A DNA stretch of 64,000 nucleotides from contig JAYVFI010000002.1 in NCBI GenBank assembly GCA_043773365.1, positions 89,815-153,814 on the forward strand, given 5' to 3'. This stretch comes from Ilumatobacteraceae bacterium (GTDB taxonomy: Bacteria; Actinomycetota; Acidimicrobiia; Acidimicrobiales; Ilumatobacteraceae). The stretch is not shown here. The first letter of the stretch is position 1. More notes on this DNA, generated by a model. It saw nothing but the letters and a program-made list of their open reading frames with translations. It made no database searches and was not told the DNA's origin.

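Noticed and set aside
20751-63867. All other listed ORFs downstream of 20.7 kb, on both strands
   Set aside because: They are alternative-frame or antisense shadows of the giant CDS, with Arg/Pro/Ser- or Thr/Val/Pro-biased composition and fixed register relative to frame +2.

Overview
GC-rich actinobacterial chromosome segment, most likely Acidimicrobiia (inferred from mca, an F420-type LLM oxidoreductase, a PASTA kinase, an S8 protease with tandem LDTR-type C-terminal modules, and many leaderless-type starts). Bases 1-20,420 hold about 20 mostly housekeeping and lipid-metabolism genes: ligA (5' truncated), a PASTA pseudokinase, SCP2, acyl-CoA synthetase, cupin, amidase, thioesterase, LLM oxidoreductase, STAS, rhomboid, DUF971, PAS-GGDEF-EAL, YbhB lipoprotein, mca, YdjC and a secreted subtilase. 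The remaining two-thirds appears to be ONE gene that the ORF track omits because it has no stop codon in the window: + strand, ATG 20,714 to beyond 64,000, at least 14,429 codons. I translated samples along it rather than every codon; the track lists no closed ORF in that frame. It encodes a Sec-type signal peptide, an N-terminal metzincin-like motif (HEFGHVLGFAD plus Met-turn), about 24 kb of an unrecognised ~117-140 aa beta-rich repeat punctuated by a second module, six Ig-like YIDVxF domains, RTX-type Ca-binding repeats with a large aromatic hairpin insert, and Calx-beta-like domains. All listed ORFs after 20.7 kb are shadows of it. No tRNA, rRNA, CRISPR array or mobile element was recognised.
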